Shown here piece after piece: positions 28,245 to 38,054 of a DNA stretch of 64,000 bases. The translations under genes were made by a program, and so were the position numbers. Under the pieces are notes generated by a model. It had not been told where the DNA came from. It searched no databases and worked only from the letters and a program-made list of their open reading frames with translations. How positions within the stretch are numbered: the first letter of the stretch is position 1; each line of letters opens with the position of its first letter. The stretch comes from an uncultured Spirochaetota bacterium (GTDB lineage Bacteria; Spirochaetota; Spirochaetia; SZUA-6; Fen-1364), in contig CAWGAC010000022.1 of NCBI GenBank assembly GCA_963820435.1, forward strand, positions 44,050 to 108,049. The letters run 5' to 3'.

Positions 28245-29039
28245 ATGAGCTCAGACATTACAGACCTGCTGCGGGAATGGGAGTTCGATTCGGACAACCA
28301 GATCCGGATCGTCCAGGCGGACGACGGCCGCCAGGTGCTGCAGGTCCGCCAGCCAATGGGAATCGAGCAATATGAGCTGGACGGCCGGCCGGACGGCAAG
28401 AAGCCCTTCGGGCGGGATTCGGCCCTGGAGGAGTTCCAGGCGCGCCTGGAGAACTACCGCGCCTCCCACGGCGGCGACGAGGGGTTCGCGCTCTCCCACG
28501 AAGACTTTGCCACGCTGCAGGGTGAGGGCGTCCTTTTCTACTTCCGCTATCTTGTCCTGTTTCAGATCGGTGACTTCGTGCGCACCAGCCGGGACACGGA
28601 TCACAACCTGTCGCTCTTCTCCCTTGTGGAAAAGTACGGGGACAATGACGACGACCGCCGGGAGCTGCTTCAATACAAGCCCTACGTGCTGCGCATGAAC
28701 GCAATCGCGCGTGCAATGATCTCATTGCACAAGGAAATGAAAAGCGCGGCAGAGGACATCCTGACCAATGCAATCAGCGCCATCGAGGGAATGGGGGACA
28801 TCGACACCCCTGCGTTCCAGTTCGAGCGCGTGCGGTCGCTGAATTATCTGAAGGCAACCCTGAAGCAGATCCACGACAAGAAGGACTCCCCGATCGAGGC
28901 TCTGAAGAGCGAGCTCCAGAACGCCATCGATGAAGAGGACTACGAGCGGGCCGCTTCCCTGCGGGACCGGATGCGCGAGTTCGACGTCAGCAATGAAACC
29001 TCAGTGGCGGAGGAGAGCGCCGCCGAATCCGAGGAGTGA
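28245..29039 (+). CDS. UVR-motif-containing protein of unknown function
   Basis: Intact 264 aa. C-terminal ..LQNAIDEEDYERAASLRDRMREF is a UvrB/UvrC-type motif. The rest is non-repetitive. Confidence 0.5.
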   Translation: MSSDITDLLREWEFDSDNQIRIVQADDGRQVLQVRQPMGIEQYELDGRPDGKKPFGRDSALEEFQARLENYRASHGGDEGFALSHEDFATLQGEGVLFYFRYLVLFQIGDFVRTSRDTDHNLSLFSLVEKYGDNDDDRRELLQYKPYVLRMNAIARAMISLHKEMKSAAEDILTNAISAIEGMGDIDTPAFQFERVRSLNYLKATLKQIHDKKDSPIEALKSELQNAIDEEDYERAASLRDRMREFDVSNETSVAEESAAESEE

Positions 29040-29138
29040 ACCTCCGCGCCCGCGGATCACGGCCTGGGATGCGGCCGTGCCCGCCTGTGGCTTGCCCCTC
29101 GATGCCCGCCCTGCTATTCTCGCCCGCGGGGCACACAG

Positions 29139-29485
29139 ATGATCAAGAGAATCGCAGACATGGAAAAAGAAGTGCGCGAGAAGATGCGGGGAGGAACCGG
29201 AAGCGTGGAAATCCTCCATATCTTCCTCAAGGAAGAGCTGAAGGGAAAGGTCCGTCTTCTTGCGCGGCTGCGCCTGCCCCGGGGCAGCTCGATCGGCTAT
29301 CACATGCATGAGGGGGAGGAGGAAGTCTTTTACATCCTGTCCGGCACGGGGCTCGTGACCGAGCAGGGGGTGTCCTCCACGGTGGGTCCCGGCGACGCCG
29401 TCCTCACCGGTGGGGGGGCGGGCATTCCATCGAAAACCGGGGCCCCGAGCCCCTCGAGCTCATCGCCACCATCCTCGTGTACTGA
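29139..29485 (+). pseudogene. Cupin-domain protein, one frame break in a G-run
   Basis: ..GYHMHEGEEEVFYILSGTGLV..GPGDAVLTGGG is in the frame of ORF 29139. The expected end AGHSIENRGPEPLELIATILVY* is one frame over. The lesion is in tgggggggcggg at 29411-29423. Confidence 0.6.
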
Positions 29486-29493
29486 GAAAGGTC

Positions 29494-31968
29494 ATGATAC
29501 TCCCATTCTTCAGATCCCGGCGGCCGCCGGAAAGGCTTGCAACCTCATTTCGATGGCTGGAGCCAAGGCCGTTCCCGGCGACGAGGGGGGAGTTCTACGC
29601 CGCTCAGTACGAGAGGGGCGCGTATACGCTCACCCTGGCAAAGGACAGTTTCTTCGCGTGGGAGACATTCACGAGCGATCAGCGTTTCACCGATTTCGTG
29701 CTGGAGGCGCACGTCGAGCTCGATCCGGCAAACGGGCACAGCGCCGCCGGCGTGCTCTTCCGCCACGTGAACGACGAGAACTTCTACTCGCTGCTGGTGT
29801 CTTCCCGCGGAAATTTCCGCGTGGACCTCCTTTTCAACAACCACCCCATGCACCTGGTCGAGTGGACCCGCCTGGCGGAGCCTGATGCGGGGGAACGCCC
29901 GGGGGGCGCGGAAGCGAGGGCCATCCGCATCGTGGCGCACGGCTCCCGGTTCACTTTCCTGGTGGACGATGAATGGGTGGGAGAGATCGAGGACGAGGTT
30001 CTTTCCTCCGGCGGGTTCGGTTTCGGCGCGCAGAACTTTGCCGGAGCAGGAAAGGGTGTTTTCCGGCTGCGGAAGATCCACGTGGAAGCCCGGCCGATTG
30101 AAGTGGAGCGGGAGCACCTGCGCTGGTCCTACTATCTCCCCGTGTCCCCCGCGGTGCGGCTGCGCCTGGCGGAAACTCATTTCAACTCCGGACAGCTCAA
30201 TGCGGCAGCGGTGCAGCTTCGCAAGGGCCTCAAGGATCGTGAAGGGAGCGTCCGGGAACACTTCCTGCTTGCCGAATGCTACGGGCGCCTGTCGCTGTAC
30301 GACGACGCCCTGGCGGAAGTAAAGCTCGTCCTGGCGCAGGAGCCTGGTCATGCGCCCGCAAAGCTGGAGAGGGCGAACCTTCTGTACTTATCCAACCGTT
30401 TGCTGGAAGCGCGCGAGTTCCTCCTTGCCGACCTTGCCGAGCAGATAATTGCGTCGGGGGCCGGCGCATGGAACCTTCTTGGGAATGTGGAGTACGGGCT
30501 GGGCAACTGGCAGAAGGCGGCGGATGCGTACCGGCGCGCGGTGGACCTCCGTCCCGAGATTGCTCTGTTTGCGGGCAATGCGGCGCGCGCGCTCGAGCGC
30601 GCCGGGCAGGGCCAGGAGGCGGTGGAGCTGTACCTGGCTGCGGGCAGGCTTCTTTTTGCGGAGGAAGCTTTCGACGAGCTTTCCCTGATTCTTCCCCGGG
30701 TGCGTGCCCTTGCGCCGGAGAAGCCCGCGGTCCTGGCCATGGAAGCCAAGATGCTCTACCGGGAAGGCAAGACGGAAGAGTCGTTCAAGGTTCTCACGGA
30801 TCTGCAGGAACAGGGAACCGAAGACAGCGCCGTCCACTACCTGCTGGGGATCATCCTGAGCTCAAAGGGGAGGAGGGAAGAGGCGCTCCCGCGACTCGCG
30901 CGCGCAGCGGAGCTGGAGCCTGATTTCCCCCTGTATCAATTCCGGCTCGCGGAGACGCTGCACGCGCTCGGCAGGGATTCAGGCCCCGCCCTGGACAGGG
31001 CGCTGGCCCTGGCGCCTGAAGACCCGTGGACTAATAATCTTGCGGGTCAGATTCGCATCGAGGCAGGGGATCCTGCCGGGGCCGTCCTTTTCCTGCGCAA
31101 GGCGCAATCGGCCGCGCCCGCAGAGCTGGACATCTGTCTGAACCTCTCCGAGGCGCTCTCCCTTACCGGAAGGTCCGCGGAAGCCCTGGAGGTCATGGAG
31201 GGCGTGACGCCTGCACCCGAGCTCCGTGCCCGGGCAGCCAACCAGAGGGGCAATATTCTCGCGCGCCAGGGCGCGCACGAGCGGGCCATGCACGAGTACG
31301 AGGCGGCGATACGACTGGACCCGGAGAACCTCGACTACAAGGAAAACTGCGCGGCCGCCTGCCTGCAGATCGACATGGTGCACCGGGCGGAAGAGCTGCT
31401 GGCCCAGGTGGAACCCACGCATCCTTCACCGTCGGTGTACAACCTGCTGGGAAATGTGGCCATCCTCAAGGGCGAGCGCATGCGGGCGGAGCTCGCGTTC
31501 AAGGCCGGTCTTGCCATCGATCCCGGGAGCCCCGAGCTGCTGGTGAACTTCGCCATGCTGCAGAAGGAAAAGGGCAACCACGAAAAGGCAAAGGAAATGC
31601 TCCTTTCGGTGCTTTCAGCCGCGCCCGGCCACGCCCTTGCCCGCAAGCTGCTGGAGAGGATCCGTGACGAGTTCGAGCGCAGGCTCGCGTGTGGAATATG
31701 CGGAAGGGAGTGGTGGGTGCCCAGGGATCTTCCGGCCCAGCCCACGTTCCAGGTGCGGGGGGAGCCTCCGGCAGAGGCGCCTGCCGGCCGATGCCCGCAA
31801 TGCGGCAAGGTCTACTGCATCGGCTGCGCGTCCACGCACGTGAAAGACATGAGGTTTTTTTGTCCCGACTGCGGGGACTTCCTCAAGCTCTCGGACGACG
31901 CCCTGAAGTGGCTGGTCGCGCGCTACATCGAGGGATATACGGGCCGGAGCGCATCTTCGTCTCCTTGA
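29494..31968 (+). CDS. Large TPR-repeat protein with N-terminal jelly-roll (DUF1080/LamG-like) domain and C-terminal 4x CxxC zinc ribbon
   Basis: Start at ATG 29494 (GAGAAAGG upstream). The N-terminal ..FTDFVLEAHVELD..AAGVLFRHVNDENFYSLLVSS..FTFLVDDEWVG.. is followed by about 14 TPR-like repeats. The protein ends with CGIC..CPQC..CIGC..CPDC. Confidence 0.65.
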   Translation: MILPFFRSRRPPERLATSFRWLEPRPFPATRGEFYAAQYERGAYTLTLAKDSFFAWETFTSDQRFTDFVLEAHVELDPANGHSAAGVLFRHVNDENFYSLLVSSRGNFRVDLLFNNHPMHLVEWTRLAEPDAGERPGGAEARAIRIVAHGSRFTFLVDDEWVGEIEDEVLSSGGFGFGAQNFAGAGKGVFRLRKIHVEARPIEVEREHLRWSYYLPVSPAVRLRLAETHFNSGQLNAAAVQLRKGLKDREGSVREHFLLAECYGRLSLYDDALAEVKLVLAQEPGHAPAKLERANLLYLSNRLLEAREFLLADLAEQIIASGAGAWNLLGNVEYGLGNWQKAADAYRRAVDLRPEIALFAGNAARALERAGQGQEAVELYLAAGRLLFAEEAFDELSLILPRVRALAPEKPAVLAMEAKMLYREGKTEESFKVLTDLQEQGTEDSAVHYLLGIILSSKGRREEALPRLARAAELEPDFPLYQFRLAETLHALGRDSGPALDRALALAPEDPWTNNLAGQIRIEAGDPAGAVLFLRKAQSAAPAELDICLNLSEALSLTGRSAEALEVMEGVTPAPELRARAANQRGNILARQGAHERAMHEYEAAIRLDPENLDYKENCAAACLQIDMVHRAEELLAQVEPTHPSPSVYNLLGNVAILKGERMRAELAFKAGLAIDPGSPELLVNFAMLQKEKGNHEKAKEMLLSVLSAAPGHALARKLLERIRDEFERRLACGICGREWWVPRDLPAQPTFQVRGEPPAEAPAGRCPQCGKVYCIGCASTHVKDMRFFCPDCGDFLKLSDDALKWLVARYIEGYTGRSASSSP

Positions 31969-31990
31969 CAAAGGCGGTCCCATCGTTACT

Positions 31991-32683
31991 ATGGGGAAAG
32001 CCTTGAACCGGATAATTGCGCTTCCCTTCATTTTCCTGCTGCTCATCCCTGGTGCCGCCTTCTCGCAGGCCACGGAGCTCGTGTCCGCGGAGAAGTACTT
32101 TGCGGCCGTTTCCGCCGATTACCAGAGAGTGAAGGACTACGAAGCCATCGTCACGATCACGCAGGGGAAGACCATATCCCGCGGCAAGCTTTCCTACAAG
32201 TCGCCGATGTACCTCCGCATCGACTTCGACGACCCTCCCAAGGAAGTGCTCAATTTCGACGGGGAGAAGCTCACGTTCTACTCACCGGCGAACGAGGTGA
32301 TCCTCGAGCAGAGGTACAAGAAGAAGACACCCAGCCAGGTCGAGGCCATGGCCACCAGCCAGGGGCTCGCCATCATGCAGCGCAACTACACCATCGCGTA
32401 TCTCAGCGGGCCCGCGCCCGTGCCGCTGGAGGAGGGCTCGAGGGAACAGGTGGTCAAGCTGAAATTGACGGCGCACGGGACCACGAGCTTCAGCCAGATG
32501 ATCGTTTCCATCAAGGATTCCCTCATCCGTCGGGTGGAGGCCACGCAGTCCAGCGGGGACAAGATCGTCATGGACTTCGCGAATATCCGCACCAACCAGG
32601 GCGTGCCCGATTCACGGTTCGCGTATGACTCTCCCCCGTACGCCAACGTCATTCAAGACTGGCTCTTTGACCCGGAAGAGTAG
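31991..32683 (+). CDS. LolA-like outer-membrane lipoprotein carrier/sorting protein
   Basis: Signal peptide, then ..YEAIVTITQGKTISRGKLSYKSPMYLRIDFDDP..LNFDGEKLTFYSP.. is typical of LolA-fold proteins. Confidence 0.6.
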   Translation: MGKALNRIIALPFIFLLLIPGAAFSQATELVSAEKYFAAVSADYQRVKDYEAIVTITQGKTISRGKLSYKSPMYLRIDFDDPPKEVLNFDGEKLTFYSPANEVILEQRYKKKTPSQVEAMATSQGLAIMQRNYTIAYLSGPAPVPLEEGSREQVVKLKLTAHGTTSFSQMIVSIKDSLIRRVEATQSSGDKIVMDFANIRTNQGVPDSRFAYDSPPYANVIQDWLFDPEE

Positions 32684-32688
32684 GACAT

Positions 32689-33816
32689 ATGGAATCGATC
32701 GGTGAAAAACTTCGGCTCGCCCGCGAACGAAACAACCTGACCATCGAGCAGATCGCCCGGGAAACGCACGTGGCCAAGCGCTTCCTCAAGGCGCTGGAGG
32801 ACGAGGACTTCTCCGTTTTCCCGGGGGAAACCTATGCAATGGGTTTCCTGCGCAACTACGCGGAAAACCTCGGCTTGAACGCGGAGGAGCTGATCGGCAT
32901 CTACCGCAACATCAAGATCCAGGAACAGCCGCTCCCCATGACCGAGCTGCTGGATGCCCAGCCACGGCTCCCCCCGCGTCGGCTCATCCTCATCGTGGCG
33001 GTCGGGGTCATTGTTCTGGCCGCGGCGGGCTGGATCATCTACAAAGCCGCATCCCGGGGCTCCCCCGCATCTGCCGAGGCACAGAAGCCGCTCGCCGGCG
33101 TGGCAACTGATTTCGTGTTCCAGGACGAGGTGCGCACGCAGTGGTTCGGGCAGGGGGACGGCATCACCGTTCCCATCGCGGGCAAGAACTACCGCATTGT
33201 GGTGGCCAGCATCGGAGATACGCTCACTTTGAAGGTGCCGGGCGGCACCGTGGAATTGGGCCTCGGCAAGGACAGGAGCATAGACCTGCAGGGCGACTCG
33301 AAGCCCGAGATCAGGATCGTGTGGAACGACGTAGACCGCACCTCTCCGCAGAAGCGAGTGAACCTGGGGCTTTACCGCACAACGGGGCCTGCGGCTGATG
33401 CCGCCCTGGCCGCGGCGGGCGACACTACCGACACGGCCGTTCCCTCGGCCCTCCCCTCGGCGTCCACCACTCCCCCCATGCGCTCGGACGCGTTCAAGCC
33501 TGTCACCGCGGCCCTCGCGGCGCAGGCAGGGCTCTTCTCCCTGGATTTCACGTTCAAGAACGACTGCCTTTTCCGCTATCTCGTGGACGACAAGGACAGG
33601 GAGGACCGCTTCTTCCAGAAGGGCGAGCAGTTCACCATCGATTCCGCACGGAAGCAGGTCACGATCTGGCTGTCGAACGCCGGCGCAGCCCGCATGCGCA
33701 TCCAGGGCAAGGACTACGAGCTGGGAGACCTGGGAGAGGTCGCCACCCGCACCGTTGCCTGGAAGAAGGACCCGAACGCGAGCGGGTATGTCCTCGAGAT
33801 CACCCCGCTCTACTGA
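32689..33816 (+). CDS. RodZ-like cytoskeleton protein (HTH_25 + TM + C-terminal DUF4115-like)
   Basis: N-terminal ..IGEKLRLARERNNLTIEQIARETHVAKRFLKALEDEDFSVFPGETYAMGFLRNYA.., a single TM, a Pro/Ala linker and a beta-rich C-terminus. Confidence 0.7.
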   Translation: MESIGEKLRLARERNNLTIEQIARETHVAKRFLKALEDEDFSVFPGETYAMGFLRNYAENLGLNAEELIGIYRNIKIQEQPLPMTELLDAQPRLPPRRLILIVAVGVIVLAAAGWIIYKAASRGSPASAEAQKPLAGVATDFVFQDEVRTQWFGQGDGITVPIAGKNYRIVVASIGDTLTLKVPGGTVELGLGKDRSIDLQGDSKPEIRIVWNDVDRTSPQKRVNLGLYRTTGPAADAALAAAGDTTDTAVPSALPSASTTPPMRSDAFKPVTAALAAQAGLFSLDFTFKNDCLFRYLVDDKDREDRFFQKGEQFTIDSARKQVTIWLSNAGAARMRIQGKDYELGDLGEVATRTVAWKKDPNASGYVLEITPLY

Positions 33817-35155
33817 TCAACCCGCCCCGGCCGGCCGCACATTCCACGTCGAAAGCCTCGGGTGCGCCAAGAACCAGGTGGATTCCGAGCTCATGATCGC
33901 TGCCCTGCAGAAGGCGGGGTGGTCCCTTGCGACCGGGCCTGGCTCTGCGGACGTGCTCATCGTCAATACGTGCGGTTTCATCACGGACGCAAAGACCGAA
34001 TCCATAGAGACGAGTCTCGCTCTCAAGGCGCAGCACCCCGACAAAAGGGTGGTCATGGCCGGGTGCCTTTCCGAGCGCTACCGGGATGTCCTTGCCCGTG
34101 AGCTGCCTGAGATCGACGGCTTCCTTGGAAACAGGGACCCTGCTGCTATCGTGGAGCTGCTGGAGGGCCGTGGGTCCCCGGCCGCAGGGCCTGCGGACGC
34201 CTTGTCCCCCGACCCCGCGGAAGCCGTGCGGGCTTATGAGCGTCGTCACCTTCTATCCTTCCCCGGCAGCGCATACGTGAAGATTGCCGAAGGCTGCGCG
34301 AACCGCTGCACCTACTGCGCCATACCGCTCATTCGGGGCGAGCTTGCAAGCAGGGACCGGGGCGAGATCCTGGCGGAGATACGCGGTCTGCGGGACCGGG
34401 GGATAAAGGAGCTCATCCTCATTGCGCAGGATCTCGGCTCCTACGGGAAAGACCGCGCCGGGGCGGCGCTTGTGCCGCTGCTTTCCGACATCGCCTCCCT
34501 GGAGGGCGATTTCTGGGTCCGGCTCCTCTACATCCATCCCGATCATTTTCCCCGGGGATTGCTCGACGTTGTTGCCGCGGATGCGCGGTTTCTCCCCTAT
34601 TTCGACCTCCCCTTCCAGCATGCCGCGCCGGGGATTCTGCGCGCCATGGGCAGACGGGGAGAGCCGGACCGCAACCTGGCTCTCGTGTCGGAGATACGCG
34701 CGCGCCTGCCGCTGGCTGCCATCCGCTCCACTTTCCTCCTCGGTTTCCCCGGGGAGACTGAGGAGGATTTCGCGCAGCTCCTCGATTTCCAGGACAAGGC
34801 GCGCCTGGACTGGGTGGGCGCGTTCACCTACTCGCGGGAAGAGGACACGCCCGCTTATTCGATGCGCGGAAAAGTGACGAAAGCCGCGGCGGCGCGGCGC
34901 AAGGCGGAGCTCGAGACCCGGCAGGTCCCGATCACCGAGCGCGCCCTCGATGCCCGGGTGGGCACGACGCTGGATGTGCTCGTGGAGGAGGAAGTGGAGG
35001 GGGAGGACATGTCCATCGGCAGGGGCTATCTTCAGGCCCCGGACGTGGACGGCCTCGTGGTGCTGAGGCGCCGGCTTCCCCCGGGCACGGTACGGCGCGC
35101 GCGCATCACCCGAAGGAACGGCTTCGACCTGGAGGCAGAGATTGTCCCCGGATAG
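33788..35155 (+). CDS. rimO: Ribosomal protein S12 methylthiotransferase
   Basis: Start moved to ATG 33788. ..FHVESLGCAKNQVDSE.., radical-SAM CANRCTYC, TRAM-like C-terminus. Confidence 0.85.
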   Translation: MSSRSPRSTDQPAPAGRTFHVESLGCAKNQVDSELMIAALQKAGWSLATGPGSADVLIVNTCGFITDAKTESIETSLALKAQHPDKRVVMAGCLSERYRDVLARELPEIDGFLGNRDPAAIVELLEGRGSPAAGPADALSPDPAEAVRAYERRHLLSFPGSAYVKIAEGCANRCTYCAIPLIRGELASRDRGEILAEIRGLRDRGIKELILIAQDLGSYGKDRAGAALVPLLSDIASLEGDFWVRLLYIHPDHFPRGLLDVVAADARFLPYFDLPFQHAAPGILRAMGRRGEPDRNLALVSEIRARLPLAAIRSTFLLGFPGETEEDFAQLLDFQDKARLDWVGAFTYSREEDTPAYSMRGKVTKAAAARRKAELETRQVPITERALDARVGTTLDVLVEEEVEGEDMSIGRGYLQAPDVDGLVVLRRRLPPGTVRRARITRRNGFDLEAEIVPG

Positions 35156-37264
35156 CCGCCCGCGGGAAGATCCTCCTTATTTCGAGATCCTCAATTCCGA
35201 GCAGAGAAGAGCCGTTGTGCATCAGGGCTGTCCCCTGCTCATCCTTGCCGGGGCAGGGTCCGGCAAGACGCGCGTGATCACCACCAAGATCGCCTACCTG
35301 GTGGACCGAATGGGGATGAGCCCGCGGTCGATACTCGCGGTCACCTTCACCAACAAGGCGGCGGGAGAGATGCGGGAGCGCGTGCTGGCCATCGTGCCCC
35401 ACGCGCAGGACGTCATGGTGAGGACGTTCCATTCCTTCGGCGCGTGGTTCCTCAGACGCAATGCGGGCATCGCAGGACTGGATCCGCGGTTCCATATCTA
35501 CGACGAGGATGATTCACTGACTCTGCTCAAGACGATCCTGGGAAAAAACGAGGACAAGGGCTTTCTTCGAAGAACGTACGATGAGATCAGCAGGGTCAAG
35601 GACCTGGGAGTAGGCGCGGACGCCCGGTCGGAGGAAATACTCCGGGCAGGCTGCACGAGCGAGGTCTACGCCGCGTACGACCGGGCGCTGCGCAAGACGG
35701 GCAACGTGGACTTCGGGGACCTGATCCTCCTCCCCCTGCAGATTCTCAAGAAGTTTCCCGAGGTGCGGGACAGGACACGGCAGAGGTTCCGCGTCGTCCT
35801 GGTGGACGAATACCAGGATTCCAACGTGGCCCAGTTCGAGCTTCTCCGCCAGTTGTGGAGCCCGGAGACCTACCTGTGCGTGGTGGGGGACGACGACCAG
35901 TCCATCTACCGGTTCCGCGGCGCGGAGGTCGGCAATATCCTTTCGTTCCCGAAAGTGTTTCCGGGAACCGAGATCGTGCGGCTGGAGCGCAACTACCGGT
36001 CCACCCAGGCGATCCTCGACGTGGCCTCGGCGGTGGTGAGCAACAACAAAGGCCGGCTGGGGAAGACCCTCTGGACCGATAAGACCGCCGGAGAGCCTCC
36101 CCTGGTCGTCTGCCTCCAGGACCAGGACGAGGAGGCCGAGTACTGCGGCACGCTTGTCCGCGACGGTTTTCCGGGCACGACTGCCATTCTCTATCGCATG
36201 AACGCACAGTCCCTGCATTTCGAAAAGTACTTCAGGGAAAGGGGCATACGCTTCCGCCTGATCGGAACGGTGCGCTTCTATTCACGGGAGGAAGTGAAGG
36301 ACGCGCTGGCATATCTCTCCCTGCTCCTCAATCCCAACGACGAGGTCTCGTTCCGCCGGATCTGCAACAAGCCCGGCCGCGGGATCGGCGCCGCGAGCGT
36401 TGAGAAGATCGTTCAGCGATGGAAGGACACCGGCGCCGAAGATCGCGCAGGCGGGATCTTGGAGGCCGGGCGCCGCGCGGCGCCGCATCTTCCCCCCGGG
36501 CGCGCGCGGGCCTCGCCGAGCTGAGTGCGTGCATGAAGGACCTGGCCTCTGAGCTCGAGAATGTGCCCCTGCCCGAGCTTGCGCGCACCATGCTCTCCCG
36601 CACCGGCCTCTATGAGATGTACAGGACACGGGATCGTTCGGACGGCACCTCGAAGACCGCCAACCTCGAGGAGATGGTGAGCGACATGGCGTCCTACGGA
36701 ACCGGGCCGGATGCGCTGCCGCAGTTTCTGGAGAGCGTGGCGCTGGCGAGCCCCCTGGACACGAAGGAGGCCGAGGCGGAGGACGCCGAGGTGACGCTCA
36801 TCACGCTGCACAATACGAAAGGCCTCGAGTTCGACCGGGTGATCATCACGGGGCTCGAGGACGGGATTTTTCCCCACCAGTCCAGCGGTGAGAGCGAAGA
36901 GGACCTGGAGGAGGAGAGACGCATATTCTACGTGGGGATCACGCGCGCCCGGGACCGCCTGGTCATGACGTGGTGCCTGAGCCGCAGGATCTTCGGCCGC
37001 ACAACGGACATGGCGCCCTCACGGTTCCTGGATGAGGTCCCCGCCGAGGCGGTGCAGCGGATCGGGGAGGAAAGGATCGAAGAGGCGGCGGACGACTACC
37101 CGGTGGGCGGCGGCGTGTTCCACGACGAGTACGGCCCCGGCGTTGTGGAGAGAAAATGGTATGATGACGGCGCCCTCCTGGTGCAGGTCCGCTTCCAGTC
37201 GGGGAGGGTGGCGAAGTTTCTCCCGAAGTACGCGCGGCTGGAGCGGATTCATCTCGGCGAGTAG
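35142..37264 (+). pseudogene. pcrA: ATP-dependent DNA helicase PcrA/UvrD, one frame break in a C-run
   Basis: ORF 35142..36524 (TTG start; ..AGAGSGKTRVIT..VDEYQDSN..YRFRGA..) continues as ORF 36419..37264 (..RARAGLAELSACMKDL..TLITLHNTKGLEFD..YVGITRAR..). The junction is in cttCCCCCCggg at 36491-36500. Confidence 0.85.
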
Positions 37265-37277
37265 GATCGGACGATAC

Positions 37278-38054
37278 ATGAGAGACGTGCAAGGCAGCGA
37301 GGATTTCCGCAATGTGCCCATCCAGAAGGTGGGGATCCGCCAGATCCGCTACCCCATCACGGTGCGCGACAAGAGCCGGGAGAAACAGGAGACCGTCGCC
37401 AACGTGACGCTCTCCGTGAACCTTCCCCACGCCAACCGGGGCACGCACATGAGCAGGTTCGTCGAGGTGCTGGACAGGTTCAAGGACGAGGTGAGCTACC
37501 AGAGCCTGGACCTGATCCTCATCGAGATCAAGAAAGCGCTCAAGGCGGAGGAGTCGCACATCGAGCTCGCCTTTCCCTTTTTCCTGAGGAAGAAGGCGCC
37601 GGTTTCAGGGATGGAATCGCTCATGTCGTACGACTGCGTCATTGCGGCCACCTACGCGCGCCATCTGGAGATTGCCACCCGCGTGGATGTTCCCGTGCAC
37701 ACGCTCTGTCCCTGCTCGAAGGAGATCTCGACCATTTCCGCGCACAACCAGAGGGGAATGGTGGCGATCACCGTGGGCATGACCAAGTTCATATGGATCG
37801 AGGACCTCATCCAGATCGCCGAAGACTCGGCTTCCAGTCCCCTGTATGCGCTCCTGAAGCGGGAGGATGAGAAATTCATCACCGAGCGCGCCTATGACAA
37901 TCCCCGGTTCGTCGAGGACGTGGTGCGGGAGGTGGCGCTGCGTCTTCAGGCGCTCCCCGGCCTGCGGTTTCACTCGATCGAGGTGGAGAACTTTGAATCC
38001 ATCCATAATCACAGCGCGTATGCCGTCATCTCCAAGAAGTTCGATGCCGACTAG
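37278..38054 (+). CDS. folE2: GTP cyclohydrolase I type 2 (FolE2/MptA family)
   Basis: ATG 37278. ..IQKVGIRQIRYPITV..VNLPHANRGTHMSRF..TLCPCSKEIS..AHNQR.. are family hallmarks. Confidence 0.8.
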   Translation: MRDVQGSEDFRNVPIQKVGIRQIRYPITVRDKSREKQETVANVTLSVNLPHANRGTHMSRFVEVLDRFKDEVSYQSLDLILIEIKKALKAEESHIELAFPFFLRKKAPVSGMESLMSYDCVIAATYARHLEIATRVDVPVHTLCPCSKEISTISAHNQRGMVAITVGMTKFIWIEDLIQIAEDSASSPLYALLKREDEKFITERAYDNPRFVEDVVREVALRLQALPGLRFHSIEVENFESIHNHSAYAVISKKFDAD

